Source: Lepidodermella squamata
Lineage: Eukaryota > Animalia > Gastrotricha
Length of the DNA stretch: 64,000 bases
Assembly (NCBI GenBank): GCA_047495785.1
Contig: JBLDXI010000009.1
Coordinates: 2,790,001 to 2,854,000, forward strand
Direction of reading: 5' to 3'
Shown: positions 27,761 through 42,400 of the stretch, in pieces
How positions within the stretch are numbered: position 1 is the stretch's first letter
Layout of the letters: each line of letters begins with the position of its first letter
Notes under the pieces: model-generated
Seen by the model: only the letters and a program-made list of their open reading frames with translations
What the model was told of the DNA's origin: nothing
Databases searched by the model: none
Position numbers and translations under genes: made by a program

Positions 27761-28630
27761 ATGGGGTTGGAGACATTGTTCGAATTGTACAAGGATTCCG
27801 CTAAATCGAGGCTTCATGAAGTGGTGATATGTCTGCACAGCTTTCTTCTGGAACGTAAATTAAAGTCCGTCGGAAAATCTTACGATCCTAATGTTTCCGC
27901 CGCTTCGCTGAAGGGCTCTGAGCTCTTGCCAAATGGATGGAACGCGGACAACAACACAGTGGAATTATATTACATTGAACCTAATTCCAGCAATGTTTTC
28001 AAAGTTCTAGCATTGACCGAAGGAACTTCTTGTCTGCTTCATCTTCTTTCTGCTCAACCGGGTGATGGGAAATCAGCTTTCATCGAATTGGATATCAATG
28101 AATACGTTAATGAAACCAGTCACAAAACTGTAGAGCAAGTTTTCAGAAATGTCGATGCGTTAAAGAAGGTATTATTTCTTTATAAAATGAGTACACCGTT
28201 ACAATATTGCTTTGTACGCCAGGTCGTCGTGGAAAAACTGTTCAATGTTATCATTCCTCAAACTGAGAGCGCACAAAGAGAGGATAATGAGAGAAATGCT
28301 AGAGACTTTGGTCGCCCTTTCGTTCCAGTTGGTGGTGAGGGTCCAAGCCGACAGTTTGACCCGCTTCGAGACTATGGCCGAGCCGATTTAGATCCATTTT
28401 ACGTAGAACCTGGAGGTCTGGGAACATCTCCACCTGGCGGTATGATTTTCGATCCTCTTCGTGCTGTTCGTCCAAGAGCACCCGACCGTTTTTCTGGTTT
28501 GATTCAACCGCTCCCGCGTGGCTCTGTTCCTCCGGGTGCTCGATTTGACCCATTTGGCCCTCCTGGAACTGGAATGCCGGATCCTGACTTGGAGCGCCGA
28601 CCCAACTTTAACGACGATTTTTATAGTTAA
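27761..28630 (+). CDS. PSMF1: Proteasome inhibitor PI31 subunit
   Basis: Motifs MGLETLF, SELLPNGWN, GRADLDPF, GGMIFDPLR and LPRGSVPPGARFDPFGPP; C-terminal HbYX motif (FYS). Probable 54-bp in-frame intron at 28169-28222. Confidence 0.92.
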   Translation: MGLETLFELYKDSAKSRLHEVVICLHSFLLERKLKSVGKSYDPNVSAASLKGSELLPNGWNADNNTVELYYIEPNSSNVFKVLALTEGTSCLLHLLSAQPGDGKSAFIELDINEYVNETSHKTVEQVFRNVDALKKVLFLYKMSTPLQYCFVRQVVVEKLFNVIIPQTESAQREDNERNARDFGRPFVPVGGEGPSRQFDPLRDYGRADLDPFYVEPGGLGTSPPGGMIFDPLRAVRPRAPDRFSGLIQPLPRGSVPPGARFDPFGPPGTGMPDPDLERRPNFNDDFYS

Positions 28631-28997
28631 ACAAACCCAGGTGCAAGCCAACCATAATAGTGCGATAAATGTTTCTCGTGATTATTTTCATATTAACAAC
28701 AATGAGTCAGCAAAGATAGCCGTATTTTTACCTGAATTTAACACGAATGTGTGTGTAAAAAACGCGTATACTAGACAAAAGACTTTGCTATGTAAGCCTC
28801 GCTTTCTACATTCGTCATCGCCAGTCCTGGTACAGGCAATAAATATCCGGTGAGCCGTGCCATCTTGCTTTAATAGTATTCACAAGGCACGTCTTGTACT
28901 GACTGAGCGGTCTATTCAGCCAGAAATTTACACAAGTCGTATTTTTTAGGTACTTGCTTAATTTACTTAATTCTGGGATGCGCTTGGTCTATTTGCA

Positions 28998-31900
28998 ATG
29001 ATATCGACAATCATTTCTCGTCTCGTTATGTAAGTTTTCCAATCAATTTTTTCCGTTGTTTGGAATGCTAATTTTAACGTTGTTTACAGTTTGGTCTTTG
29101 GCACCCTCTACCCGGCCTATGCATCGTACAAGGCCGTCAAAACAAAGAACATTCGTGAATATGTTAGTTGAACACACACACACACAAACATTGATTGATT
29201 GTTTATACCAACAACGTGTTTGTTACTTTTTCGCAGGTGAAATGGATGATGTATTGGATCGTGTTCGCCATTTTCACCGCTGTCGAGACATTTGCCGATG
29301 TATTCATTTCGTGGTAAGCAATTTATTGACCAGCCTTGTTGTTGTTCTTTCCGTCTCGCTGCGTTCTTGCGCACTAATAGCTGCTAAATTGTTGTTCCAC
29401 CTTAATAAGAATAGCCGGCCATTCATGATGGTCAGTGCATCGTGCTTTGTCGCTTGTTTAAGCCGCCCACTACTTATATGAGATCTCTTGTAGCGTGGAG
29501 GGGGAGAAGCGTTTCATTGTGTTTTTTCTCGATTGACTAGTTGTAGTATCCCGTTCCTATTCCATTCTTTGGAGCGCGGGTCTTCAATTTTGTACTCATC
29601 ATCAGCCATATAATCCGCAGCGTGTAGGAATGCACTATCCATATCAGCTGCACCACGTCTTTTCTTTGATTAGCTGAGCGTGTGTGTGGCTAACCGGGCG
29701 CTCTTTGCCCGGTAAACAGCTCTGCTACTATTATTAGAGGTACGCCAGGCTAGGAAAGCCCGCATTATTAATGCGCCGTATTTCGAACATGCAATTTCTT
29801 GTGCGATACCCGTCGCTGCACATCAGCGCCGAAGCTTTATGAGCGCGAGCCGCCAAAACAGAACCCGCTGATTGGGATCACGTTCTTATTGTAAATAAAA
29901 TGCCGAACTACTACTACCAGTCGGTTATTAAACGAAACACTTGAGCTATTACTGTATTCGAAACATGAATACAACGCATTCACACAGACACTCGTTGATT
30001 ATTTGGTTGTTATTGTTAACCGAATTTCCAACTGCTGCTGGCCTAGAAATGTATCAACAAACCTGGGCGATGAGGAAAGTGTTGCAGACCACACCATATT
30101 CTATCTGCTAGAGAATCGAAAAGAAAGGAGAAAATGACAAGAGAACAGTTAATTTTTCACTGAACAAGATGAAATATTCGTAAGCTGTATTGATGTGAAC
30201 GAATCAAATCAACGAATTAACATTAAATGTTTATTCTTTTTGTATTTATTTATTTGGGTTCATTTTCGATAAACTTAAAATCTTGCTTTTCGGGAAACAT
30301 AAATATGTATATCTGCGTTTTCACGCTGCAATTTAACAGGATATTGAATTAAGCCATTAAGTACAAGGCCGTTACGTGCAGGGTTGTTTATTTGAATTGA
30401 AATCGGAAATAGCTTGCACTGATGTTCATAATTCATAGCTCAAATACCCTTGCGGCCGGTAATTTAGCAGAAAATCGCAAATTTTTAATGTGAAATCAAT
30501 AATCATTATTTAATGACCTGGAGTTGAAAAAAAATCTTCCCGAATATTGATCTTGAAATGAAAATAAATATTCGTCTTTTTCAGGATTCCGTTTTACTAT
30601 GAGCTCAAAATTGTCTTCGTCTTCTGGCTGCTTTCCCCCGCCACTCGCGGCTCTTCGCTATTATACCGTAACTTCGTCCACCCTCGGCTGGTGCGCTATG
30701 AGCCCGAAATCGACCGTGCCATTTCGACAGCGACCGAAAAAGGCTATTCTGGTCTGGTCGAAGTTAGCGCACGCGGCATCGACATGGTAAAACAGGCCGT
30801 TATCACTGCTGCCATCAAGGGCCAATCGACCCTCGTTACTCAGCTGTCGCAAATCGACAGATCCAGATCAGTATCGCTGACGGATATGCGCGGGGTCGGT
30901 GGGAATGACCCGACTATGGACGATTTCGAAGCTCTAGGACAGGACCTAGTAAATGGCAACCACGCGGATGCTCGCCGGTCGACTCGTAGGCAAAGGCAGG
31001 TTAGTATCAACGCGAGATTTTTTTACTCTATTTTATGCAAAAATTCTGCCTTAAAATTTTTGCATAAAATAGTTGTACTGTGCATTTGATAATTTTGCAA
31101 TGTACTGATTGTGTTTTTTCTGTCGTTTGATTTTGCCACCGATTCGCAGGTTGACATTCCAAGATCGAGTTCTAATATTCAGTTAAAAGATCGAGCTTTG
31201 GCTGATAGTAGTGAATTTGACGATGATGAGCCATCCCTGACCCCTTCTATGCACTATCCTCTGAGTTCTTCTAAATCTTCCGAGCAGAAAGCATCTGTTA
31301 TGTCTAGCATGTTATACCCCACCGCTGCTGTTTTAGCGTCTAATTTAGGCCTGGGCGAGAAGCTTCGTAACATGAATATGGAACGGGTAGCTCTTTGGTT
31401 AGCCCATAAGGCCAAGAAGTCGAGCGGTAATAGTTCGAAGGTTAGACTCGGGGCACAGAAGGCGCGGTTATCTGCAACTGAGTTAGATGACGTAGATGAG
31501 CATTCGGACCGCGAACAGCCAGAACTTAGCGGTGCTGATGATGAGCAAGGTGCCAACGATGCCGAGCCATGCGACCCGGATGATCCACCCGTCAATGCAA
31601 CTACTACTGTAGTCGAGCTTTGATGTGAATGCAACTAATATACAAGAGTAGGCCTGGGTTTGAATTATTAAACACTTTCACCGCGTTGTGTGATCCACCT
31701 TAACTACTAACATTCGTGCTGTGGAAATCTAGCAAATTTGATTTAATATTTAATTTTTTTCACAATGAAATTACTAACTGATTATGTTGCTTTTGGTGAC
31801 GAGGGATCAATCTGTCGCGGGCACCTTGCTTCGAGCGCGCCGAAAATTTCACCGATTAATACTAATTTTTTATCAGTTTCGGCTTGAGCACTCAATTTTT

Positions 31901-32437
31901 ATATGTTAGGAAATTATTTTTCTATTCACAAGTTGCCTTTTTGAATAATGCTTTAATCGTCTTGTTGTTATTTTTTACCGCAGCCTGCGACGAAGCCTAA
32001 CTAATGATGGTCGATTTTTATCTGTTGGCGCCAAGCAAGCACTGTTGACCACGTCCGCAACTGCACCGAACGTAGGAGGCTTGAAACCGGCAACTAGCGA
32101 TGAGACGATTCATGAGGAAGAAGCAGCTCATTCAGGAGACGACGAGCAGGACCAAAACGACCCTCCCTTTATAGATACAACTAATAACGGCGGCTCTGAC
32201 TCGGGCATTTCGTCACCAGTCGCCGATATACCGAGCAGCCGGCTGCTTTTCTCGCAAAATAGGTACTCAGCTTCACCTTTCAGCGGCTCGAGCTCGATTT
32301 CTAGCTCGAGCCGGCCCCCAGTTATGCCTGCCATTCGTTCTATCGCTAACCCTATCTCGCCTGCTCGTTCTTTGACAGCTCTTTCCAGCAGTTCGTCTGG
32401 CGCTTCGTCGGTCTACAGTCGTTTTTCTCGGCGCTGA
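28998..32437 (+). CDS. REEP: Receptor expression-enhancing protein (REEP1-4 subfamily), multi-exon, 3' end uncertain (stop at 31623 or 32437)
   Basis: [10 protein letters not shown]|[24 protein letters not shown]|[13 protein letters not shown]..|[33 protein letters not shown]; RSRSVSLTD motif; long disordered C-terminus. Confidence 0.88.
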
Positions 32438-33739
32438 CAAAATCAATCATTAGACTTTTTTTATAATCTTCCGCGTTATCTTGTTTGATGGAAAAAGATT
32501 GGGTCCTGTTGTCTTTCACATCTCTCAAAAATACAAATATGCTACACTCGGTACACAGCAACTAGCAGGAAAAATGGCAGGAATAGCCCAGCGTAATTCC
32601 GCGCGTTTTTTCTCACAATTCATTGTTGCCGAATAGCAATATAAAAGCGTTTGCAGTCAATTTTTTACGATAAAAAATATTAATCTATATTATTATTGCG
32701 GATATGATATTCGATTCACTCGAGTTTTCCGTCAGTAGCGCAACTTGAACACGTCGAAAAATGACAGTTTGTGCACAGTAGAGCTTGCCTCGTCTGATTT
32801 CGAAGCGATATGACATAACGCTTGGATAAACAGAAAATCTCGCTGAGAAAAAATGGATTGAAAAATATTCATGTGATAACTGTCAGAAAGATCGCTTACC
32901 TACGAAATGTATTATTCTTATAATGAAATGCTAATATCGATAGTCTTCACCAGCTTTTATCCTCTCTTTCTCTATCTAGTTTGTGTGTCGTTTCGTGCCC
33001 ATGATTGAACATTAATATTTTTATCAAAAAAATCTTTAAAAAAATGGCTATGATGAGGAACTTTCAGAGAAATCGTTGTGGACGGAGCGCGGCATCTTTA
33101 AGCTATGATTGTTTTACTACCCAGCGTGCGTTTGGTAATATTATTCAACCCCGTTCTCTTTGGAAAATCAGGCCGATTAAAATCGGCTAGTTTTCTTACA
33201 TTATTTTTAAGCTCTCGCATTCCTGATTTTTACTACTTGAACTTTTCGAAATGATAATCACAGCTGATCAGCAAATTTGTAACTTGCGGAGAAAATTTAG
33301 CGTTAAAACGTTACTACAAGTGTGAAGGTGTGATTCTCGTGTCGCTTTGTTCGCATCTAGGAAAACAATGCACCATTTCCTAATGGTGGTTCAAACGCGC
33401 ACTAGTTGACGCTTGTCTGGGTTTACGCGTTTGATGTCACACGTTAGATCACCGCATTTTAGCCGCGGCTTTCAGCTCCACTTTGCATATTTTGAGTGAA
33501 TTAGCGGTGTTACATTATTATATTACTTTCCCGTCATATTCATATTATAACGTTATTCAAAACAAACGCGTGTTTCTCTATTATTGCGAAAAATGAAAAT
33601 AAAATGGCCAGTACTTGGAATGAGGCTCTCTTTTTGTTTATCCGGCGTGCTTTAATTAAGGTGTTGATATGACTCGATCGTACCGAACGAGGCACTGTCG
33701 AGCTGATTTGCGGAGTCTAATGACTCATCATTTTTCAAA

Positions 33740-34222
33740 ATGACCAGTTTAGCGCTGCAGTCAATTTGCCCGTTAATCTTTCTGCTCAGCATCCTGGCTG
33801 CCGGAATCACTGCCCTCACATGTTACTCGTGCAAATATAACGATGTAGGTTGTGAGAGCACCACTGACTCGTATTACACGGAGACCAAGGAGTGCGATGC
33901 TGCCAGTCCCTACTGCGCCAAAATGGTTATGCTGAACACCACATTGAGGTTTTGTGCAGCTACGTGCTTTGAGAGTTACTCGACAGTATACTACACTGGC
34001 AACCAAACAGTAAGATTTGCTTTTTTGTAATTTTGTAATGAACACTCATCAGTCATCTACTTAAATTTTCAGTATAAATACGTGACAATCTCATGCTGTT
34101 TGACAAGCCTGTGCAACCAGGCACCGACATTGAGGGAGCACGGCTTTCAAATATGGGTTACTATTTTCATACTTCTCGAAGTCGGCCTACTGCATCTAAC
34201 AGACTTTGCGATATTGCAGTAG
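33740..34222 (+). CDS. Ly6/uPAR three-finger protein, secreted and probably GPI-anchored (2 exons)
   Basis: Signal peptide, LTCYSC..C..ECD....CAK..RFC...C. Exon 2 (34073-34222) carries CCLTSLCN and a hydrophobic C-terminus. Confidence 0.85.
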
Positions 34223-36415
34223 CATACTGTGTTAGTTAATGACAGCACCAGGAACGAGCCGAGACCAATATATGTTATATGTGCCTTTTCCTAATAACTA
34301 TGAGCTAGTCGCATGTTCCTAACCATTGTTTCTACGGAACGGCAGCGTGAGAACCAATAAAATTGATCACGAGGAAATAATATTGATAGTTTTGAATAAT
34401 GAAGCTGAATAACAATAAGCGCTAGCGAAAAAGACCTGAAGCCAAAAATATCAATAAAAAAAGGTCATGCATATTATCTAACTGAAGACATTCTACATTA
34501 AAAGCTTACTATCCAACACTATTGATACATTAGTAGTGATATTTGGTGAGATGGTTGGCGGTTGCGATGAAGGTTGCGATCCTTATACTCCCTGGGACCC
34601 TGAGACAATAGTTCGTCGTTGGGCTTTTTTCTTTAAAGATGATGATAAAAAATTGACAGCAACGGGCATGCGCCGGAGCATTTCAGTATAATATTGCTGA
34701 TGGTGCATCCGAGTTATATTAACAATTTCCTGACGACTCTTTTGCTGATCCTTTTGATGGGTCTTGATCCCTATAGCTATAGTCATTCATGCCTTCTTCA
34801 CTTCGGATGTTTCAAGGCGTAAAATTGCAGATGAACATTGCGACTTGCGACAACTATGTGTTGACGATTTTCGATTCTCACGTACGCAATCTTACCCTCG
34901 CTGATTAGCATGATAAACAAAGACATGCCTTCCAGTCTTGTCCCAGTCGTGCCAACGCAACAAAAGACACCATTCCATAATGGTACAAAAACAAAAACTA
35001 GGAAAGTTTGTGTGGTTAAGGAAACATATTCATTTCGCTTTAGAGCTAACCGTTTCGCATTGATGCAATCAATCTAAGCCGGTGAATTTTGCGATAGTCA
35101 GCTGATCATCAGCTGATCCGCAAGGACAACCAGAGCTAACCACGGACGCTAAAAATCGAATACAAATATAAAATTATTGAATAAATTTTAATAATCTTGA
35201 ATCAATTTTATTCATGAATAAACAATTTTTTATGTGAATAACATAGTTTGCGCGGTATTTTCAATCGTCCTGAGGAGAGCGTCTTTGGTTACGGTGTTCC
35301 ACCTCTCTTCTGCCGTTTAATGGCGCGTGAAATGCTGCGCGCTTCATAGTGATAGACCCTCAATGCGAGCTATTGGGCCATTTTTTGTGGACGACGAAAA
35401 TGTACAATCACTTGTCACTCTGTGACAATGAACTGCAATCATTTGGCTCAACCCTGAATAATTCGCCATTACGTCTTCGCTTTAGCATGGCTTATGCTCA
35501 CTATGTGGTATGCGGTTCTATGCGGTTCTTCCCTACGACGGGATTACAGCAGCTCATTTTGCGCTGTTTTGGTTGCGAATTCCGGCTCCTCCCGGGTCCC
35601 CACCAGGCCTTCTTCTTATATTATTTGTAACTTTCAAAGAGAGAACGATCATCCGCCATGCTTATCATGCTATATAGCTGTTTTGTTGTTTTCAGTTATA
35701 AAACATAGGTTCTCTCAACCAATGAATGTTTTTCGATTATTCAGAAGCCCGGACTAACTCTTCGATTCTATTTCCTCCACCAGAGATCAATTCTATATTT
35801 TGAGATGTCCTTAAAATTAGTTGATGTTCTATTGCCTCTACCAATCCGTCAGGCTTTACAATAGCCAAATGTTCCAGTGTTATTCGCCAGGCTTGCATAT
35901 AGCCTCTAGTCTCTTGCCAAAATGGCTAAATATCAGTGTATTTTGGCTTTTTGGCGCCGCAGAAAGTATCTCTAGCGGAAATACGAACCCCTTATATTTA
36001 AAAAGCATACGTGGCCATTTATTTCAGCTAAAGTGTTATGCTTATTCTTCATGCATGTCTTTAAAATTTCAAATGAAGTAGGAAATTAATCACTTCTGTT
36101 TGTATTGGTAGTACACCCTTTGGTAATATTTGTGATAGTGGAGTTATGATTTGATATTATTTGATATGCGATTTTTGATATTTGAAACTTTGAGTTTGAT
36201 TATTTCGGGTTATAGGTTATCGGCGATTGCAGACTCCGCAACCGGCAGCTAGGGCTATGCATTCCTTGGTTACAAGTCAACTATCTGCGTTTACCTTTTC
36301 TGATTAAATAGCGTTACATTATTTTTGATCATCACTCCAGCTGTGTTGGTAGTTCTCAAGCTTTTAGTTTTTCTTTTTACAGCTAATTATGGTGACTATT
36401 ATCTTTCTAATTTAG

Positions 36416-39400
36416 ATGTATCGTCTGACCAAAGGGCGATACCGACTGTTTTTAAAAGTAATTTTATTAACATTCCACATACATTTGGCATCTGGCAGGA
36501 CTGGTTCATTCCCAAATTTATTCAACGTGGCTAAAGGAAAGCCTGTTTTCGCTCAACCGGCTCAGTCAACATGCTCGCGGTTGTTCTTTTGTCGAAGCAC
36601 TCCTCTACCAGCATCAATCGCGTCATGCTCAAATGCCGAATTCTGTGACGCTTCTTGTCCTACTCGGAGCTCCATGCCCGATTATGCTAGTCTTTTCGAA
36701 TACGCTATGTTTGACAAATGCGCCTTCAAAGACTTTACATTCCCGCCTCCAAATTTTGCGTCAGCCTATTCCGTTTTTTATTCGCCATCGGAACGAGTGC
36801 AAACTAACTGCTCTGTATCGACTCCTGGCTATTTGTTGAGTGATCTCGCAGATACGCCTTCATTTTTCACCATGGCGATGTGGATTTCACCCGACTTTGC
36901 GTCATCCGCTGAAACCAAGTAGGAACTGCTTTTACTCTGAGCCGTGCTAGATAATTTTTCTATTATTTATTTCAAAGCAAAACCAGTGGAGCGAAGACGT
37001 TGCTTGAAAAAGTATGCTCGACCCAGAAGGAATCGGCTGTTGTATTTTCTCTCCAAATAACTGCGAATGGAATAATGTTACGGAGCTCAAATGGAAGAAA
37101 TTTTGTTTATACAGACAATTTTCTCTTCAAAACTGGCTCCTGGGTCCACCTTGCTGTACAGGTAAGATTTATTAATTCCAGTTGATTCATTATTTATCAT
37201 CGTCTTTCTTAACGAGTGCAACTGAAAATTCCAGAAAATGACCTCTTTGATGGCTATGTAACTCGATAGCGTAGCAAATAGCCAGTAGTAGCCATGATCT
37301 GACATGCTAAATTGAGTTCATCGCTTCATCTGCGATGCAGTTGCGCGTCTGTTGGCTGGGCGCACGCCCGCTTTTAACGCCTTTGGGACGGTGCCGACGC
37401 GGCGCGCGCACGCAAAGTCTCACTAGTTAATGACGCATGCTACTGACCGGCTGCGCGAAATTTCTGGATCACGCAACTTGTAGCTGTTACGCAATGATAA
37501 TAATCACCGTAATGAAGGAATTTGTTGTAAAAATAGGTGTCAAATGTGTCGCTGAGCTTCTTCGCCAACGGGACAGGGGCTGATCAGCTGCCTCTTCAGG
37601 CCTATCGACTGAGTCGCAGTGACTTCGCAGGATATCCAATGTCGAATTGTACCTTCTTCATCGGCCAATCTGTTGTTAAAACGCCAGATAACGCGTTTGT
37701 CGGCCATATAGCTGATGTTCGATATTACGAAACAACGCTAGATAACCGGGAGGTGAATGTAGCGTTCAAGGGCAATCAAACAACGCTCGAGCCGATTTAC
37801 ATCGACTCGGATTGCCGCTGTCCACCTCAATATCCGCGGGTTGCCGACCAGTTTTCACGCCTTTGTCTAACAAACGACCCCACATCTACTGATGGTTTGA
37901 GACGAAAAAGAAATTAATTAAAAATTCGAGTGAAATTATTGATTTACAGCTGAAATTCGGGTAAATCGGCGGGCTCATCCGTTGGAGTACATGACTGATG
38001 GTGATACAGCCACGTTTTGGCTGTCGAAACTGATCAACAAAGTAGTTGTTACCATTGATCTGCTCGATAATTATCAAGTTTGTTTCCTCAAATAATTGAA
38101 AAATTCAAGATAAAATTCTGGGTTCTAGGTTTTCTACATACTGCTGCAATTCTATAGTCCTCTGCCGAAAAAGCTGACAATAGAGCGGCAAATTGGCTCC
38201 ACTGATACCTGGGCTCCATGGCAGTACTATGCCGAGGATTGTCAGACGCGTTTTGGAATGCCAAATAACGGTAAATTTTGATTTTAAAAACCGGATTTGA
38301 AAACATTTGAAATTTTTAAGAGGGATTACGGGGTTGTTAGTCCGCGAAATCTTGTCTGAAAAATGGAAAAACTTGATTTTTCTGTTTCAATTTTGTTTAA
38401 AATAATGATGAAATTAAAAGTTTTCTGGAAAATTGACCAATTTTGACTTTTGAGGAGAAATTTTAATAATTTTTGTAATTTCATAAAAATAGGTCAACTC
38501 GGGAAATTTGATTCGGTAAACTGTATCCAACTCGATCGAGCTAACAGCCCGCCATCGTTGGGAAATATATCATTCAGCGCGCTGCAACTAACGCCAGCCC
38601 AGCGGCCCGGCGCCGACACGTTCTACGACAACGCGATCCTTCTCGATTTCGTGAAAACGCGCCGCATCCGCGTTACATTCGACGGTCACATGTACGACGC
38701 GATCAACGAACGTCACCTCTACTTCGGCGTCTTCGAACTGACCGCAAGTGGCCGGTGCGATTGCAACGGCCACGCGTCGGCTTGTAGCGTGAATTCAACG
38801 TCGGGCAAGTACGCCTGTGCCTGCGAGGGCAATACGGCCGGCGCGTCATGTGATCGATGCGCAGATTTGTTCAATGCGAAACCGTATCGAAAGGCCTCCG
38901 ACTGCCAGCCTTGCAACTGCAACGGCCACGCGTCGAGTTGCGTCTACAACGCAACTGTCGACCAGTTCCCGGACAGTTTCGAGTCCGGAAACGGCGGGGT
39001 TTGTGTTAATTGCGGCGATAACACCGAAGGCAGGTCTTGTGAGTTCTGTAAAGACGGATTTTACAAGCCGAACAGCGCGAAAGCTCCGACTGATCCGTGC
39101 ATTCAATGCGATTGCGATATTCAAGGCACGCTACCTGAGGCTTTGTCTAACTGCACGAAAATCGGTGGCCAGTGCCAGTGTAAAGAAAATGTCGAAGGTC
39201 GAACTTGCGATCGCTGTAAAGCCGGCTATTTTGGCTTGAGTGTTGAAAAAGAAGGTGAGAAGATAATTTGATGAAGTGATCTTACAAATTCAATCAATTG
39301 AGATTTTATATCTACCAAATTTACCTATTGCGGAACCAATTTTCGATAGCCAATTCGACCAAAATGCATTTTTTCAATTTTGTGGGGATTAAAAATTGGA

Positions 39401-42400
39401 AAAATTACCATCAATTTCCGTGTAATAGGGCTTTATCATGAAATTTTAACAAATTTTAAATAATTATATTTAATTATATTTTATATTAATAAATCATTCG
39501 AAAAAATGACGCGGTAGTTAGCGCTTGGTGCGAAATTTCGAATTTTGATTCCGCTAAAAGCTATTCATTATCTTGAAAAAAACTAACGGTTTTAAGAAAA
39601 ACTGGATGAATATTCGTATTTTTCGACAGCTGGTTGTTCGATTTGTAGCTGTAATCAAGCTGGTGTCGCGAATAACGTCTTGGATTGCGATCAAATCAGC
39701 GGCCGTTGTACCTGCAAAGCGAATGTCTATGGAGCAAAATGCGACGCTTGCAAATTTGGTTACCATTCACTTTCTCTGTGAGTTTCAATGTTATTGAAAT
39801 CGGCTGGATAAAAGTGACATTTTCTAGGAATAACACCCTGGGCTGTGAGCCATGCCAATGTGATCCCGTCGGCGCCAGTAGTATCTACTGTGACCCGAAC
39901 GATGGCAAGTGCCAGTGCCGAAAAAATGTTGAGGTGGGTCTTTGTTCTAAATACTCGGACAATTTATTTTGACGAATAATTCTGCGTTATTTCAGGGTCA
40001 AAAGTGCAACAAATGTGCGCCTAAATTCTACAATTTGACCATCAACGGCTGCATGGAGTGCGATTGTAACCAAGACGGTGTTATGATTGACAGCCCACAG
40101 GTGTGCGACAGCGACACGGGCGCGTGCCTGTGCCGTAAATTCGTCACCGGCTTCAAGTGCGACATTTGCATGGACGGCTACTCGCAGTTTGGCATCGACG
40201 CTGAAACAGGCTGTCTTGAATGCCGGTGCGCCAACGGAACTAGAGCGGGTCAAACTTGCGACAAGGAAACGGGTGTCTGCGCGTGTCGTCAAAATGTGGC
40301 AGGGTTGACGTGTAATTTGTGCAAACCCGGCTTCTGGAACCTTAGCAGTGAAAATCCGGTCGGCTGCCAGTCCTGCGAATGCGATCTCACCGGAGCTAAT
40401 GCGACTTGTGATCAAAATATCGTAAGTAACGCCCGAAAACCCTACTTTTGAGGCTCCAGAACTAGATTGTCCCAAAATATGGTTTTTCGAGTTTATCGTC
40501 ATGCATAGAGTCTCAATTCTTTTGCTATCATACCCGATCGATAGATCTCACCGTTACGCGTATTTTGCTCTATGAGCGGTCACTCAACTACTTATACTTC
40601 AGCCTGCAGAGCCGATATCGATTTCGAGTATCGATTTTACGAATCGGTGATTTTTCCGATATCAGAAGTCTTGGAAGCCAGCATTAAAATTTGTCTGCGT
40701 ATCTGAGGGTACAACGTAGCTAGAATGAAAATCTGCGGCCATGATCAAGAAAACAGCCCAAATCACAAAGAAACCTAGAATTCAGTTTTGCAAATACAGC
40801 ATGTCCCATAAGTCAAGCAACTATTTTTTCAATTTAGCATTTTCACATTTTCAAAATTGAGCCTACCGGGAAAATCTTCCATAATTTATCCACCATTTTA
40901 CAGAAGAAAAAAATTTACCGGTGAAAACCCGGGAAACCCCGATGGTAACTGGTTCGGTAATTTTCGGTATTCTACCCGGTTGGACAGAATTTCTCCAGAT
41001 TTTTTCATTCCAATGTTACGTACTTTGGCATTGTGAATTTTTCTAAGATTTTTCTGGCCATAAGATTAGGCTTCGCCTCTCATTCTAGAGTTTTTGATCC
41101 CTTTTCGACTCGCTGTATTTGGCCACTTTTTTATTTTCCAAACGAACTTTTCCAGGGTCGCTGCTCATGTCTACCCTACCGAACTGGTATGAAGTGTAAC
41201 ACCTGTGTCAACGGCTACTACAAATCTCCACCCCCTCTCCGCGGCTGCCTACCCTGTCGATGCTCCAATCTCACGTCATCCGGTCAGTGCGACCCAGAAA
41301 CCGGCCAGTGCCAGTGCCGCCTCGACCGGCTGGGCGTGGGCGGTCAAAACTGCGACCAGTGCCTACCCGGCTTTTTCGGCTACGACACTGCCAAGGGCGC
41401 GTGTAGTCGCTGCGAATGTTTTTGGCCGGGCGTGAAAGGCGGCATACAGGCCTTAACACCTTGCAACACGTTAAACGGGCAATGTACCTGCAAAGAATTC
41501 GTCACTGGTACAAAATGCGACCAATGCAAGCCGGGTTATTCGATTTTACGAGCCGATAACCCATTCGGGTGTTCCGCCGCTCCGAACCAGCAACCACCCC
41601 CGCGTTTAGCCGACTCGAACAGCTCGGCTATAACGATAGTCTGGCCACCCCCGCTGAGGCCTAATGGGGCTATCAGGAGGTATGCGGTCTATCGAAACTG
41701 GACAATGGTCGCGAATGTAACGCCCGTCTCGCTTGAGGCTTCGTCCATCTACTACTCAGACATTGGCTTAATGCCGCTCAAGTACTACGAGTATCGAATC
41801 ATGGCCTTCACCGATTTCGGTAATACAACCAGTATCGGGTCGGTTTTCAGCACGCTAAGCGGCGCCCCGGTCGGTAATTTGAGCTTCGAAGTTGATTCAA
41901 TCGAAGAATCTGCTGTAACCATGAAGTGGCTATTCTCCCCGGCGGATTCGATGACGCAGGAAGAACGGCGTGAGTTATGGTTCCAAATCTATATGATTTA
42001 CGCGGAAAATCAAACTGAAACCCAAGTCTGGCGGGGCCAGCGTGTTAATTCTACGAGAATTTCACGCCTTGAGCCGTTTACTAGCTACATTTTCCGAATT
42101 GAGGCGTGTAATCAGAGGTCAGAATGTATGTTAGGCGGCCGCCTTAATGTCACGACGAGTGAAGCCCCGCCTGAGGGCCAGCCCCAGCCTAAACCGACCG
42201 CGTTGAGCACGAGTTCGATTTACGTGGAATGGGAACCGCCGGAAAGGCCGAATGGAGTTATAACTTTTTACGAGCTCTGGATGCGGGAAATCGACCCTAC
42301 CTTAACGAATTTGACCACTACAACGCCCGCTTTTGACCTGAATGACACTGATTCATCGCTTGAAAATATTCCTCCGGCGTTGAAACGAATTTTAGTCTTC

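Noticed and set aside
34641-34700. ATGATGA...CTGA as a box C/D snoRNA
   Set aside because: No host intron, convincing terminal stem or recognisable antisense element; expected by chance.
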